Source: Pseudomonadota bacterium (GTDB lineage: Bacteria > Bdellovibrionota_B > Oligoflexia > Silvanigrellales > Silvanigrellaceae). Taken from it: DNA of 64,000 nt. This document shows positions 18,930 through 29,494 of the stretch, piece by piece. The translations under genes were made by a program, and so were the position numbers. The notes under the pieces are model-generated. The model saw only the letters and a list, made by a program, of their open reading frames with translations, was not told the DNA's origin and did no database searches. The number at the start of each line of letters is the position of its first letter. Position 1 is the stretch's first letter. The stretch is from positions 1-64,000 of the forward strand of contig JBDLRP010000020.1 of assembly GCA_039799905.1 (NCBI GenBank), given 5' to 3'.

Positions 18930-19775
18930 TTGGAAAAGGATGAGAGTTTGAAACCTTTTCATCAAACTTCAGTCTCTCTTTCCTGCATGCTGATGATGGC
19001 AGCATGCGGTGGTCTGAGCTATTTCGACAATAAAAAAGGCCGGGACGAAGCGACCCCAGCGACAGATCCAACTGTTGTTCCACCCATTGTCGTGACTGGA
19101 TCCTACGTCACGGGAATTCTCGTGGATGAATTCAATGCACCGCTGGCACAGAAAGATATCAGCGCCGACGAAGGGCGATACGCAGTGCGCACCGACGCGT
19201 CCGGTACATTCAAAATGCCGATTGCTTTCTTGCGCGATAATTCATTTGATGTCGACGTCAAACTGGGCCAACAGGAGATTCCGTTGCGCCTGAAACCCTG
19301 CCCTCACCTGCTCGGTGCAATCAAAATCGCCGCAGCATCCGAGGGTGTTGAAGCAGGGCTAATGATGGCGGTCCGGCTTTCTGAGAGCGTTTCAGTTCTG
19401 CCAAATGACCCCGTCAGCGGAGAAAAAGTTCGAATTCTTGCAGATTCAATATCGGTAGCGAAAGAAACAGGCCGCAAAGACCTCCGCGAGTCAGCGTTTC
19501 TTCAATTCAAGGTCGTGTCACCTCTGAGCGGCGATGAAATCAATCCGGATTTTACAATCTCAGGTGATTGTGCTGTCGGCTACAAGGTGCGTGTCTTTGG
19601 TGATGTCGTTGTTCCGGCGGAGCTCACATGCACCAATTCAGGCGGTCGCGGTTCGTTCACAGCCAACGTAAGTGCCGTCAACCGGAGTGGTTCCAATTCC
19701 GTTGTGTTTGAGCATATCGAACCGTCATCTGGTTCACTGGTCTCTCAGTTGGTGCTATTCAAATCCAGCGAATAA
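18930..19775 (+). CDS. Hypothetical lipoprotein with carboxypeptidase-regulatory-like and Ig-like beta domains
   Basis: Lipobox MAAC; VTGILVD..NAPL and TDASGTF patterns; start codon uncertain. Confidence 0.65.
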   Translation: MEKDESLKPFHQTSVSLSCMLMMAACGGLSYFDNKKGRDEATPATDPTVVPPIVVTGSYVTGILVDEFNAPLAQKDISADEGRYAVRTDASGTFKMPIAFLRDNSFDVDVKLGQQEIPLRLKPCPHLLGAIKIAAASEGVEAGLMMAVRLSESVSVLPNDPVSGEKVRILADSISVAKETGRKDLRESAFLQFKVVSPLSGDEINPDFTISGDCAVGYKVRVFGDVVVPAELTCTNSGGRGSFTANVSAVNRSGSNSVVFEHIEPSSGSLVSQLVLFKSSE

Positions 19776-19808
19776 TCAGGGATTCTCTGAATCACATCGC
19801 TCAGCATC

Positions 19809-20825
19809 TCACGCGCGCGACGAAGCAATCAGTGAGAGTGCTTCTTGCAAAAATCCTGTGTGCACGCGCCAATTTTCGGGACCATAGCCACCTGCCATAA
19901 CGTAGGCCTGAGGAATTCCCCGCTGTCGCAACCATTCAAAAACCAACATGCTGCGCTCGACGCATTGCTCCAAGCTCAGCTTGAGCAGCTCGGCGCTTTT
20001 GAGAACGTCTTTCTCGTAGGGGTCGCTGCCGTCGACAACCAACGCCAAATCCGGCAGAGCCCCACCTGTTCCGACTTCAAGCTGGCGCAGACCGCATCGA
20101 AGCAGTTCCAAGTATTGAGCCTCCGAACCCTCGGGAACGGGAATATCCACCGTGCTGGGCCAAAAACATTTCTTGAGTTGTCCATTGTCATCCAGTGGCG
20201 GTTCGTCGAGTGGCCAGCCCCTCTGCATATGGATGCTGAGTGTTTGGACACTATCATCCTGAAGAGTGATTTCGGCCGTTCCGTCGCCCTTGTGCGCATC
20301 CAAATCAATCACCCATACCCGCTGCACCTTACTGCGGCTCTGCAATTCGCGGACCGCAATCATGATGTCATTGACGAGACAAAACCCGCGTCCACCATGG
20401 GTCATCGCATGGTGTGCACCGCCGCCCAAAAAGTAACAAAAGTTTTTTTCGAGAGCGATTTCGCAAGCCAGAAGCGTTCCGGCAGCATGAGCAAGACGCT
20501 TTTGCACGAGTTCTTGCATCGGTTTATTCGTCTGACTCGCTACAAAACGCTCGTTGAAACGGCCGTCGGCATCGATAAATTCAAAAACCTCGCCCATCAC
20601 CCTGAGCGGATCGTCGGAAAGCAAACCATCAACGTATGCTTTGCTGTGCACGCGCAGCAGCTGTTCGCGCGTGAACGGCTGCAAATCAGCTGTCACCAGC
20701 CACTCCCCGACTTGATGTCCCAATCGCGGATGTTCCTTGAGCGCTAAGAGCGTGCGCGTGTAGCGATCAGCAAGCAGCGGTATCTGAATTCCATAGTCCT
20801 GCAGGCTTGCGTTTGAATTTTCCAT
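19809..20825 (-). CDS. Histone deacetylase family (Zn-dependent amidohydrolase)
   Basis: RVHS..YV, GGGAHHA, GFCLVND, IDLDAHKGDGT, GSDP, AGGY. Confidence 0.93.
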   Translation of the reverse strand: MENSNASLQDYGIQIPLLADRYTRTLLALKEHPRLGHQVGEWLVTADLQPFTREQLLRVHSKAYVDGLLSDDPLRVMGEVFEFIDADGRFNERFVASQTNKPMQELVQKRLAHAAGTLLACEIALEKNFCYFLGGGAHHAMTHGGRGFCLVNDIMIAVRELQSRSKVQRVWVIDLDAHKGDGTAEITLQDDSVQTLSIHMQRGWPLDEPPLDDNGQLKKCFWPSTVDIPVPEGSEAQYLELLRCGLRQLEVGTGGALPDLALVVDGSDPYEKDVLKSAELLKLSLEQCVERSMLVFEWLRQRGIPQAYVMAGGYGPENWRVHTGFLQEALSLIASSRA

Positions 20826-20894
20826 TGAAAGAATCACGGCGGTGCTCCTTTGACAGCAAAACACTTATAACCGTGACACGGGTGGAAGCACAGA

Positions 20895-22313
20895 TCACTC
20901 GATGGGTTCAAAATTGCGGCATTCTTCTTTGCGAAATGCCTGATTCAAACCAGCAAGAAGAGTTTTCGCGCCGTCACGGTGCACGGACAGGTCGGTCCAA
21001 TACTTGAGACTTCCATTATCGTAGTCTTCGGCATCGACAAAGTAGCCGAGCCAATCTTGTGAAAGTCCCATCCAAATCGTCTGACGGCCGGAGGCAAGCT
21101 GTGATTCAAGTTTGCGGATAACCTTTGGAAAAACCTCTCCGGGCAGCGAGGCGAAATCGAGTTCTCCTACGGAGACAACACTCACGCGCGAAGTGATTAT
21201 GTTATCGCGAATTTTTGTTTCAACAACGCGCAGATTGCTCGCCAAGCGGAAAAGCTTGTTGTCGACGGCAAAACGGACCGGCACGTGACAGACGCTCACG
21301 CCTGCGGCCGACTCAGCTAATTCTTCCTCAGCCACGGAGGTCACAGCCTGTGCCAAGCGAAAGCCTACCGTCGAGGCGTTTTTGTATTCATCTTTGATGT
21401 CCGGATCTTTGTCACCCTCGGGAAACAAGTCATCAATCAACGTCGGATCGCCGACCGGAGGAATAATTGGATACACCTTTCCAACAACTCCATTCACGTA
21501 CAGGTGCGGAACATTGCCGGCGAGCCGTTCCATGCTCTTGCGAAATCCACCGATGAAATCGGACGACAGAGTGTTGTTGTTCATCCCGATAACGGTCGGA
21601 TGTGCGCCCCACTGCGTGAAGGTTCCGAGTAAGTTTTCGTTGTCCACCGAATAAAACGACAGTGAAACGAATGAATCTTGAACTTCCGCCGGATTGCTCA
21701 GCGCCGAAGTTGAATTCTGATGTCTGCCTGTGCGTTTTGTCATGCGTGCTGGCTGTAATTTTGCAAATGCGTCGCGCACTGCCTGAACCGCCGCAGTTTC
21801 GAGTTGCTCGGCATAGCGCGAATTGCGTCCGGATTTGGGCAAAGAACCCCACAAGCCGAGAGTATCGGGAGAATGATGAGTGTGACTGGCTGAAACGATC
21901 AGATGCAGATTGGCATCGACGGCCTCGCGCGCCTTAACCTCGATTCTCGAAATCTGGGTTGCAGATAAGCCGACGGCATCGAGCGCAAGAATCGCGGCAC
22001 GCTCTCCGGCTGCCGACTCAAAAACAACCGCAGCAGCATACAGCGGGTCGTGAATTCCATTGCCATTCATGCGCGGAGTAGCGAGAAAAAAAGTTCCATA
22101 TCCACCCATCGGAATGGTTGCGCGCGTGCTGATATCAATTTGTGCCAAACCAATTCTAAATTCTGCCGCAGCGCCCTGCTGAGGCACAAGACAAGAGAGA
22201 CCAGCACAAGCGAAAAGTGCTGCACATCGACGCAATTGCAACCAGCCGCTGGTGGAAACCTGACCTTGTTCAGGTATGCTGTGGTCCACATTCATTTTTA
22301 GGGAGAACTGCAT
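20895..22313 (-). CDS. Neutral/alkaline ceramidase-like hydrolase, paralogue 1
   Basis: G..HDPLYA.A, SASHTHHSPD.LGLWG, W.AHP, SSDF, LPGEVFP, D.LGY; true start may lie inside the longest ORF. Confidence 0.8.
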   Translation of the reverse strand: MQFSLKMNVDHSIPEQGQVSTSGWLQLRRCAALFACAGLSCLVPQQGAAAEFRIGLAQIDISTRATIPMGGYGTFFLATPRMNGNGIHDPLYAAAVVFESAAGERAAILALDAVGLSATQISRIEVKAREAVDANLHLIVSASHTHHSPDTLGLWGSLPKSGRNSRYAEQLETAAVQAVRDAFAKLQPARMTKRTGRHQNSTSALSNPAEVQDSFVSLSFYSVDNENLLGTFTQWGAHPTVIGMNNNTLSSDFIGGFRKSMERLAGNVPHLYVNGVVGKVYPIIPPVGDPTLIDDLFPEGDKDPDIKDEYKNASTVGFRLAQAVTSVAEEELAESAAGVSVCHVPVRFAVDNKLFRLASNLRVVETKIRDNIITSRVSVVSVGELDFASLPGEVFPKVIRKLESQLASGRQTIWMGLSQDWLGYFVDAEDYDNGSLKYWTDLSVHRDGAKTLLAGLNQAFRKEECRNFEPIE

Positions 22314-23795
22314 ATGTCCGGCTCCGATCTCTGGGCGCGCAGATTTAAAAGTTATGTCACACGCTCTCGACTGGTAATTTCAGCGACGATTGCGCTGTCA
22401 CTTTCAGTTCCTATGATAGCATACACTCAAGAAGAAACACTCGAGCGCGGTTCATTGTTGGCGGGGTTTGCCCGCGAAAGTATCACTCCGAATATCGACG
22501 ATCCAAGAAACCCGATCTGGATCGCGGGCTTCGGGCAAAAGCGGCAGGCAAAGTCTGTTCATGATGATCTCTTCGCCAGCGCGGTTGCACTGAGCAACGG
22601 CAACAAAAAAGGCGTCATGGTCGCGCTCGATGCCATTGGCTTCATGCACAACGACATTCAAGACGTCCGTTCGACAGTTCAAAAAGAACTCGGACTTGAT
22701 TTCGTCATCATCTCATCAACCCACAACCACGAGGCGCCGGACCTCATCGGAATCTGGGGTCCCTCGCTGACAAAGACAGGTGTGAATGCCAAGTACCTTG
22801 CGCTCGTAAAGAGTCAGACGGCCAAAGCCATCCGCGAAGCATTGGCACGCCTTGAACCCGCCCGCCTGCATCGCATGCAGCTGCGCAACGTGGGTGCAGA
22901 TGTAGTTGTCGACACGCGCATGCCGCAAGTTTTTGACTCCGACGTCAGCGTCCTTCGATTCAGCAAAGTGGATTCAGACCAAACGCTCGGCATGCTCGTC
23001 ACTTGGTCTAATCATCCCGAAGTCCTCTGGAACGCCAACACGGCGATCACCTCTGACTACGTGCATTACCTGCGTGAAGGAATTGAAAAGGGAATTGCCT
23101 ATGACGGTGCGATGCTCAAAAATGGCGTCGGCGGTCAGGTCGTTTTCATGAGCGGTGCTCTTGGTGGCCTGATGACGACTCTGGATTCAACTCCGGTCAC
23201 AGATGCAGTTCTCAGACAAACCTTGCTGACACCGAGTTTTGAGAAAGCCCGCGCAGTCGGATATCGGGTCTCGGAAGCCGTTTTGGACGGCATCGCCGGC
23301 GGAGAAGAAACAGAAGTTGACGACTCAACACTCAAGTGGACGGCAAAATCTATTCTGCTGCCCGTGGACAACATCAAATTCCGCGCAGCGGCGCTGTTGC
23401 GGATCATCCGCAGAAAATTTGAAATTGGCTTCAGAACACGCAGCGAAGTCGGTTTGCTTCAATTGGGTGATACATGGATTGCGACCATTCCTGGGGAGCT
23501 TTATCCTGAACTCGCCAATGGCGGAGTCGAAGCGCCGTCCGGCAACGACTTCAATTTAGCCGCTCCTGTTGAGGTTCCGCCGTTACGTTCGGCCATGAAA
23601 GGGCAAATGAACATGATTCTCGGCCTGACCAATGATCAGGTGGGCTACATCATTCCGCGCAGTCAATGGGATGAAAAAGCGCCCTACACTTATGGCGAGC
23701 AGAGTGCTCCCTACGGTGAGGAAAATTCACTCGGTCCGAATACGGCACCTATTATTCACAAAGCACTCTTGGAAATTTTCAACGACAGCAATTAA
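22314..23795 (+). CDS. Neutral/alkaline ceramidase-like hydrolase, paralogue 2
   Basis: VHDDLFA.A, SSTHNHEAPDLIGIWG, WSNHPE, TSDY, IPGELYPE, NDQVGYIIP, YGEENS; AGGGAG RBS. Confidence 0.85.
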   Translation: MSGSDLWARRFKSYVTRSRLVISATIALSLSVPMIAYTQEETLERGSLLAGFARESITPNIDDPRNPIWIAGFGQKRQAKSVHDDLFASAVALSNGNKKGVMVALDAIGFMHNDIQDVRSTVQKELGLDFVIISSTHNHEAPDLIGIWGPSLTKTGVNAKYLALVKSQTAKAIREALARLEPARLHRMQLRNVGADVVVDTRMPQVFDSDVSVLRFSKVDSDQTLGMLVTWSNHPEVLWNANTAITSDYVHYLREGIEKGIAYDGAMLKNGVGGQVVFMSGALGGLMTTLDSTPVTDAVLRQTLLTPSFEKARAVGYRVSEAVLDGIAGGEETEVDDSTLKWTAKSILLPVDNIKFRAAALLRIIRRKFEIGFRTRSEVGLLQLGDTWIATIPGELYPELANGGVEAPSGNDFNLAAPVEVPPLRSAMKGQMNMILGLTNDQVGYIIPRSQWDEKAPYTYGEQSAPYGEENSLGPNTAPIIHKALLEIFNDSN

Positions 23796-23843
23796 TGAAT
23801 CGACCCGTCGCGATTGAAGTGATTTGTCAGGAGACAGATAAGA

Positions 23844-25193
23844 ATGAACTCTGTGATTCGCACCTTTGGATTGACATCCTTCGCTCTGCTTGGCGCCTGT
23901 GTCAGCAGCCGGGAATCCGCTCCCAACCAACAATCTGCAGGCCCGCTCAATGTTCAAGTTTATCGATTCAAAAATCTCGATCCGGTGGGACGTGCTTATT
24001 TTCCGAGAGAGTTTATATACAACGAAGGTGGCTGGAGCGGAGCGAGCCGCGTGCAGACCTCGCCGAATGTCTTTGTCCGCGACGAACTCTGGACGGTCAA
24101 CGACCGGGGCCTCAATCTCTATCTTGAAAAGAAGGACTCGACTCCAGAGGCAAGCTTCAACGACGGTGACCGGTACTTTCCGGTACCCAAACACCAACAG
24201 ACTCTGTTCAAGATTAAATTCAATGCCAATGGTCAGGGAGTGGTCGTCGAACGGCTTGGCCTGCGTGAAAATGGCCTGCCCACAAACGGACTGCCATCAG
24301 CACTTGAGAATCTGGCAACCGGTGAACGTGGCTGGGAGATGAAAACTCCTTCGGGTCCTTTTGCACAGCTGTCTGCCTCACTGCAGGGATACGACTTTGA
24401 AGGTGTCGCTCAAACTTTTGATGAAAACCGTCAGCGCGAATTCTGGCTTGTGGAAGAGTATGGTCCGGCTTTGATGAGAGCTGGGTCATCGGGAAATATC
24501 ATGCGCCGCTGGGCCCCTGCGCGGGACTTCAAGCCTCAGTCAGGTGCGCTGCCGTGGTCGCTCCGCCACCGTTCGGACAACCGAGGTTTCGAGGGAGTGG
24601 CGGTGTCGGGGGAGTATGTAGTTGCCGCCATGCAATCTCCGCTCAGCCCAACAGGGGGCCGTTCTGGAGACGCCGGTCATGGTAATCCGCAAACGCCGCT
24701 GCATCGCATCATTCGCCTCAACAAAAAAACCGGAAATGTGGAGCAGTTCGCCTACGACCACACGCCAGCTTCAGTTGCTCTTGGCAGCTCACACCAAGAC
24801 GTCAAAATCGGCGACCTTGCCGCGCTGGACGACAACGGGCAGCGTTTCCTCATTTTAGAGCATTCCAGTAAACGCAAACATATCGTTCTCGTTGAGGCGA
24901 CAGTCCGTCCGGACACAACCCGACTGGCCGACTCTGTCGCCTATGAGGGTGGTAAAACTCCCTACAAAGCAATGGAAACGCGTCTTATTGCCGACCTCGC
25001 GCCCGTTCTGAAAGGCCTTGAGTTGCCGGAAAAGGCAGAGGGAATCAGTATCATCGACGATAAAACTGCGCTGATCATTTTTGACAACGACCACTGCATT
25101 GAACCTCTTCTTGCCAAAGCAGTTGCACCAAAAGAATGCGAAAATCTGGCCGTGACTCTCAACTTCGCTGAACCAGTTTTCGCCCGCCGTTAA
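23844..25193 (+). CDS. Esterase-like activity of phytase family (beta-propeller) lipoprotein
   Basis: Lipobox LLGAC; LWTVNDRG, DFEGV, FWLVEEYGP, NRGFEGVA, MQSPL, KIGD, EKAEG, DND motifs. Confidence 0.85.
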   Translation: MNSVIRTFGLTSFALLGACVSSRESAPNQQSAGPLNVQVYRFKNLDPVGRAYFPREFIYNEGGWSGASRVQTSPNVFVRDELWTVNDRGLNLYLEKKDSTPEASFNDGDRYFPVPKHQQTLFKIKFNANGQGVVVERLGLRENGLPTNGLPSALENLATGERGWEMKTPSGPFAQLSASLQGYDFEGVAQTFDENRQREFWLVEEYGPALMRAGSSGNIMRRWAPARDFKPQSGALPWSLRHRSDNRGFEGVAVSGEYVVAAMQSPLSPTGGRSGDAGHGNPQTPLHRIIRLNKKTGNVEQFAYDHTPASVALGSSHQDVKIGDLAALDDNGQRFLILEHSSKRKHIVLVEATVRPDTTRLADSVAYEGGKTPYKAMETRLIADLAPVLKGLELPEKAEGISIIDDKTALIIFDNDHCIEPLLAKAVAPKECENLAVTLNFAEPVFARR

Positions 25194-25276
25194 TGCATCA
25201 CACAGCTCGTTTGATTGTGTGACAAACAGAGGGACATCTGGTAAGCAGCAGCTGCTTCAAGGGAGAGGTATTCGGA

Positions 25277-25540
25277 ATGAAAAAGGTCACCGTGTATTCA
25301 ACACGCGCTTGCCCGTACTGCGTTGCTGCGAAAACTCTTCTGAACAACCTGCAGGTTGGTTTTGAGGAAGTGATGCTCGACCACCAGCCGGAGCTTTGGG
25401 GTAAACTCAGCGCTGAAAACAACGGCTGGCGGACTGTGCCGATGATCTTTGTCGGCAATGAGTTCCTTGGTGGCTACACAGATATCAAGTCGCTGCACGA
25501 CGCCGGACAATTGCTGCCAAAAATTTACTCCCCCTGCTGA
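25277..25540 (+). CDS. grxC: Glutaredoxin (dithiol)
   Basis: CPYC, RTVPMIF, GGYTD. Confidence 0.92.
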   Translation: MKKVTVYSTRACPYCVAAKTLLNNLQVGFEEVMLDHQPELWGKLSAENNGWRTVPMIFVGNEFLGGYTDIKSLHDAGQLLPKIYSPC

Positions 25541-25550
25541 GGTACTGCAC

Positions 25551-26225
25551 ATGCGCTTTGCACGGCCATTCGCACGTCTGCAAACGTTGTGTCTCATCCT
25601 GCCGACTGTTCTGTTCAACTCCGCATGCGTTTACCGTTTTGCAAACCGCGACCGTCAGCTATCGGTCCAACCGAGAACTTTGTACGTCAGCCCTGTCGGT
25701 GACTCTTCCTCAAAGGCAGGTCAAGCGGCGAAACTGATGAGCGCCCTGCGCCGCAGGCTGACTCAGGACAGAGCTTTTATAATGACAGATTTACAAACAG
25801 CCCGCTGGGGACTCGAAGTTCAAATCACCGACTCGGGACGCTCCATAACACGGGTCGAAAAATGCACGCAGGGAAATGAAGTTCTCGCCAGTGGAGCCGT
25901 GCCCTGTTCGCAGGTCGCTGCCTCCGGCCGCCTGCCCGACATCTCGGCCGAGGAAGAGGTTGCACTGCTGACCATCGATGCGCGCGCCGTCGACTTGCAC
26001 ACGGGAATAGTCCTTTTTCAAACGAGACTCGCAGACCTCAGCTCGGGCGCCTACAACATTGTCGGCGACGGAACGGTCCGCGCATCTTTGAGCAACGCAC
26101 CTGACTTGCACGTATTGCGTTCAATAGAAAACCGCGACAACGCAATCGAGGCGATAGCCAATTCAGCCGCGGCGCGCATTTATGAACAACTGATTTCAAT
26201 TCCACCCCCATCACCGTCGCTCTGA
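25551..26225 (+). CDS. LptE-like lipoprotein
   Basis: Lipobox NSAC followed by VYRF, then an LptE-like pattern (TLYVSP, helix, strand, C-terminal AIEAIA..AA.RIY). Confidence 0.55.
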   Translation: MRFARPFARLQTLCLILPTVLFNSACVYRFANRDRQLSVQPRTLYVSPVGDSSSKAGQAAKLMSALRRRLTQDRAFIMTDLQTARWGLEVQITDSGRSITRVEKCTQGNEVLASGAVPCSQVAASGRLPDISAEEEVALLTIDARAVDLHTGIVLFQTRLADLSSGAYNIVGDGTVRASLSNAPDLHVLRSIENRDNAIEAIANSAAARIYEQLISIPPPSPSL

Positions 26226-26243
26226 CTTGCAGGAGTAGAAGCC

Positions 26244-28352
26244 ATGTTTACCGACCTCGTCCGCCGCAACGAAAATCATCTCAAAACGATCGCTACGGCG
26301 GTCCGAAGTCTTGGCATGGACGCAGTCCTCAAGGCCAAATCAGGGCATGTCGGCCTTCCGTTGGGCGGCGCGGACATTGGCACTTTTCTTTACTTCGCTG
26401 CGATGCAGCACGCTCCACAGGATCCGCGCTGGATCAACCGCGACCGTTTCGTTTTGTCGGCCGGCCACGGTTCAATGTTGCAGTATGCTCTGCTGCACCT
26501 TGCCGGTTACAACGTCAGCATCGATGACATCAAAAATTTTCGCCAGCTTGGAAGCAAGACACCCGGTCACCCAGAGTTTGGTCACACCGACGGTATCGAG
26601 TGCACGACGGGCCCGCTTGGGCAGGGAATCGCAAACGCGGCCGGAATGGCACTCGCAGAACGCATGCTGGCTGCGCGACTGAACAAAGACGGACACACTC
26701 CCATCGAACACATGACCTATGTGTTGTTGGGTGACGGCTGCCTGATGGAAGGAATTTCAAGCGAGGCCTGCAGCCTTGCTGGTCACCTCAAACTCGACAA
26801 GCTGGTTGCCTTTTATGATGCAAACAACATCACCATCGACGGCACCATCGACATCACGTTCACGGAAAACGTCGGCAAACGTTTTGAAGCATTCGGCTGG
26901 CGCGTGTTGAATGCGGACGCACACAATTTCATCGCTCTGGCCGAAGCTCTCGACACGGTAGTCAACGACAACAAAAACACACCGCGTCCAACCATCGTCA
27001 TTTGTAAGGGTATTGCAGGAAAAGGCTCGCCCAAATGGGAAGGCAAAAACAAGATCCACGGCAATCCGATGAGCGCAGAAGATGTTGTTGATGCTAAAAA
27101 GAACCTCGGCATCAGCAACACAGAACCATTTTGGGTCAATGAAAATGCATATTCTTCAGCAAAAGAGTGCCTTTCTGCACACGCTTTGCGACGGCACGCC
27201 GAGTGGACAAAGAACAGCGAGGCCATGCTCGGCCAGTGGAAGAGCGGCAATGCAAGCGCACTCGCCGCTTGGCAGGCACACACCTCAGGTGCAGTGAACG
27301 TCGACGCCGGTGATGCCCTCTGGGATTCACTGGGAGCGAAAATGGCAACGCGTGTCGCGGCTGGCAAAGCCCTAACGGCACTGGCTGCGGCAAATCCTTC
27401 GCTTGTCGGTGGCAGCGCCGATCTGGCTGGCAGTAACAATACGACCCTGCCTGACACCTCGTTCGTGCAAGCTGGCGAATACGGCGGCCGCAACATCCAT
27501 TTTGGTGTACGTGAACACGCGATGGCGGCGATGTGCAACGGCATTGCGTTGCACGGCGGATTCCGCCCCTACTGTGCAACATTTGCTGTCTTCTCGGATT
27601 ACATGCGTCCGTCCATCCGGCTCGCTGCCCTCATGAAAATTCCATCGATTTTTGTTCTGACACACGACAGCTATGCCGTCGGTGAAGACGGACCGACCCA
27701 CCAGCCTATCGAACATGCAGCCAGCTTGCGTGCCATTCCCAATCTCGAAGTACTGCGCCCCGCAGACGCACGCGAGACGTTGATGGCTTGGGAACTCGCC
27801 TTGGCACATCAAAGCACGCCCACTGCCCTGCTGCTAACACGTCAGGATGTGCCCAACCTCGATGAGCATCTCAAAGTTGCCCGCACCCCTGAACAAGTCG
27901 CCGAAGGACTGCGCACAGGCGCGTACGTTCTCAAAGACTTCGATGCTCCCGAAAACGCACAAAAGCTGATTCTCCTTGCTTCGGGGTCAGAGGTTGGGGC
28001 AACGCTTCGCGCTGCCGAGATTCTGCAGAAGGAAAAATTCGAAAACCTTACTGGCGAGGGCGTGCGCCTGAACGTGCGCGTCGTCAGTTGCCCAGCCCCG
28101 CAGAAATTGGCACGAAATCCATTGGCCCTGACGAAACTCGTGCCAGAAAACATCCCATCCGCTGCGATTGAAGCCGGTGTTGCGCAAGGCTGGGGAGACA
28201 TTGTCGGTCGTCGCGGCGCTGTGTTCGCATTGTCGGACTTCGGCGCCTCGGCACCTGCTGACACGCTGACAAAAACCTTTGGTTTCAATGACGAGGCCAT
28301 CGCGGCCAAAGCACTCAATTTCCTCAAGCTGCGCATTCCGGCAACGAACTGA
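26244..28352 (+). CDS. tkt: Transketolase
   Basis: SGHVGLPLG, NRDRFVLSAGH, TTGPLGQG, GDGCLMEG, FGVREHAM, GEDGPTHQP, FGASAP. Confidence 0.98.
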   Translation: MFTDLVRRNENHLKTIATAVRSLGMDAVLKAKSGHVGLPLGGADIGTFLYFAAMQHAPQDPRWINRDRFVLSAGHGSMLQYALLHLAGYNVSIDDIKNFRQLGSKTPGHPEFGHTDGIECTTGPLGQGIANAAGMALAERMLAARLNKDGHTPIEHMTYVLLGDGCLMEGISSEACSLAGHLKLDKLVAFYDANNITIDGTIDITFTENVGKRFEAFGWRVLNADAHNFIALAEALDTVVNDNKNTPRPTIVICKGIAGKGSPKWEGKNKIHGNPMSAEDVVDAKKNLGISNTEPFWVNENAYSSAKECLSAHALRRHAEWTKNSEAMLGQWKSGNASALAAWQAHTSGAVNVDAGDALWDSLGAKMATRVAAGKALTALAAANPSLVGGSADLAGSNNTTLPDTSFVQAGEYGGRNIHFGVREHAMAAMCNGIALHGGFRPYCATFAVFSDYMRPSIRLAALMKIPSIFVLTHDSYAVGEDGPTHQPIEHAASLRAIPNLEVLRPADARETLMAWELALAHQSTPTALLLTRQDVPNLDEHLKVARTPEQVAEGLRTGAYVLKDFDAPENAQKLILLASGSEVGATLRAAEILQKEKFENLTGEGVRLNVRVVSCPAPQKLARNPLALTKLVPENIPSAAIEAGVAQGWGDIVGRRGAVFALSDFGASAPADTLTKTFGFNDEAIAAKALNFLKLRIPATN

Positions 28353-28360
28353 AGAGGACT

Positions 28361-29494
28361 ATGACGGACGTTCATCCGTCGCTCCTGCGGCGCAAGATTA
28401 TTCATGTAGACATGGATGCATTTTACGCATCTGTGGAAATGCGTGACAATCCGAAGCTGGCAGGCATGCCTCTGGTGATTGGCGGCCCGCCGCACTCACG
28501 CGGCGTGGTTTGCACGGCAAGTTACGAGGCGAGAAAGTTCGGCATCCGGTCGGCAATGCCCTGCTCTCGCGCCTTCCGCCTATGTCCTGACGCAGTTTTC
28601 CTTCCTCCGAACTTTGAAAAGTACAAACGTGTTTCACAGCAGGTGCAGGAGATCTTCTCCCGCCACACAAATCTTATCGAGCCCCTTTCATTGGATGAAG
28701 CCTTCCTCGATGTCACCGACAATCCGCGTGGAATTTACGCAACACAAATCGGCAAAGAAATTCAGGCTGCCGTTCGCGACGAGTTGAAATTATCGTGTTC
28801 TGTTGGTGTTGCCCCGAATAAACTAGTCGCAAAAATAGCATCCGACTGGCGCAAGCCTGCAGGACTGACAGTCATCCCGCCTGAAAAAGTGCGCGCTTTC
28901 ATGATGCCGCTCGAAGTGAGGCGGATCTTCGGGGTCGGTCCTGCTACTGAAAAACGTCTTCATGATCTGGGCATCCGCATTTGTGAAGACGTGTTGAAAA
29001 CACCTCTGCAGCATCTGGAATTTCAACTCGGTTCTTTTGCGCACTGGATACATTCCTGTGCACAGGGAATCGACGAACGCCGAGTGCACACGCACAGAGA
29101 ACGCAAATCGATAGGCCGTGAAGACACTTTTGCCAAAGACGTACTTTCTGTTCCGGAGCTGCTCGACCGTCTTGAAAAAATCTCGCAGATGCTCGCACAT
29201 GATTTGCAAAAGAGAAATCTGAAAGGACGCACCCTCACTCTGAAAGTGAAATATGAAGATTTTCAGCAAATCACCCGCAGCCAGAGCGTTACCGGTGCTT
29301 TGTGCGAACACGTCGACGTCTTCAATATCGCGCGCGAACTTCTGCTAGAAAAAACAGAAGCGGGACGGCGCAAGATTCGCCTGCTCGGACTGAGTTTTTC
29401 GAATCTGACCGGTACCGACGGCAGGGATGGGGAATCTGTGAATTTTCCGCTTTTGCAGTCTGAAAACGAAGAACTTAAAGGTCTTTTTCCATAA
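28361..29494 (+). CDS. dinB: DNA polymerase IV (Y family)
   Basis: IIHVDMDAFYASVE, SYEARKFG, SLDEAFLD, AKIASD..KP.G, IRLLG. Confidence 0.97.
   Translation: MTDVHPSLLRRKIIHVDMDAFYASVEMRDNPKLAGMPLVIGGPPHSRGVVCTASYEARKFGIRSAMPCSRAFRLCPDAVFLPPNFEKYKRVSQQVQEIFSRHTNLIEPLSLDEAFLDVTDNPRGIYATQIGKEIQAAVRDELKLSCSVGVAPNKLVAKIASDWRKPAGLTVIPPEKVRAFMMPLEVRRIFGVGPATEKRLHDLGIRICEDVLKTPLQHLEFQLGSFAHWIHSCAQGIDERRVHTHRERKSIGREDTFAKDVLSVPELLDRLEKISQMLAHDLQKRNLKGRTLTLKVKYEDFQQITRSQSVTGALCEHVDVFNIARELLLEKTEAGRRKIRLLGLSFSNLTGTDGRDGESVNFPLLQSENEELKGLFP

Noticed and set aside
19845..20747. 300-aa plus-strand ORF
   Set aside because: Entirely antisense to the well-supported HDAC-family gene, with no motifs; shadow ORF.
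26813..28495. 243-aa and 217-aa minus-strand ORFs
   Set aside because: Antisense shadows of tkt/dinB with Ser/Ala/Arg-rich composition typical of non-coding frames.
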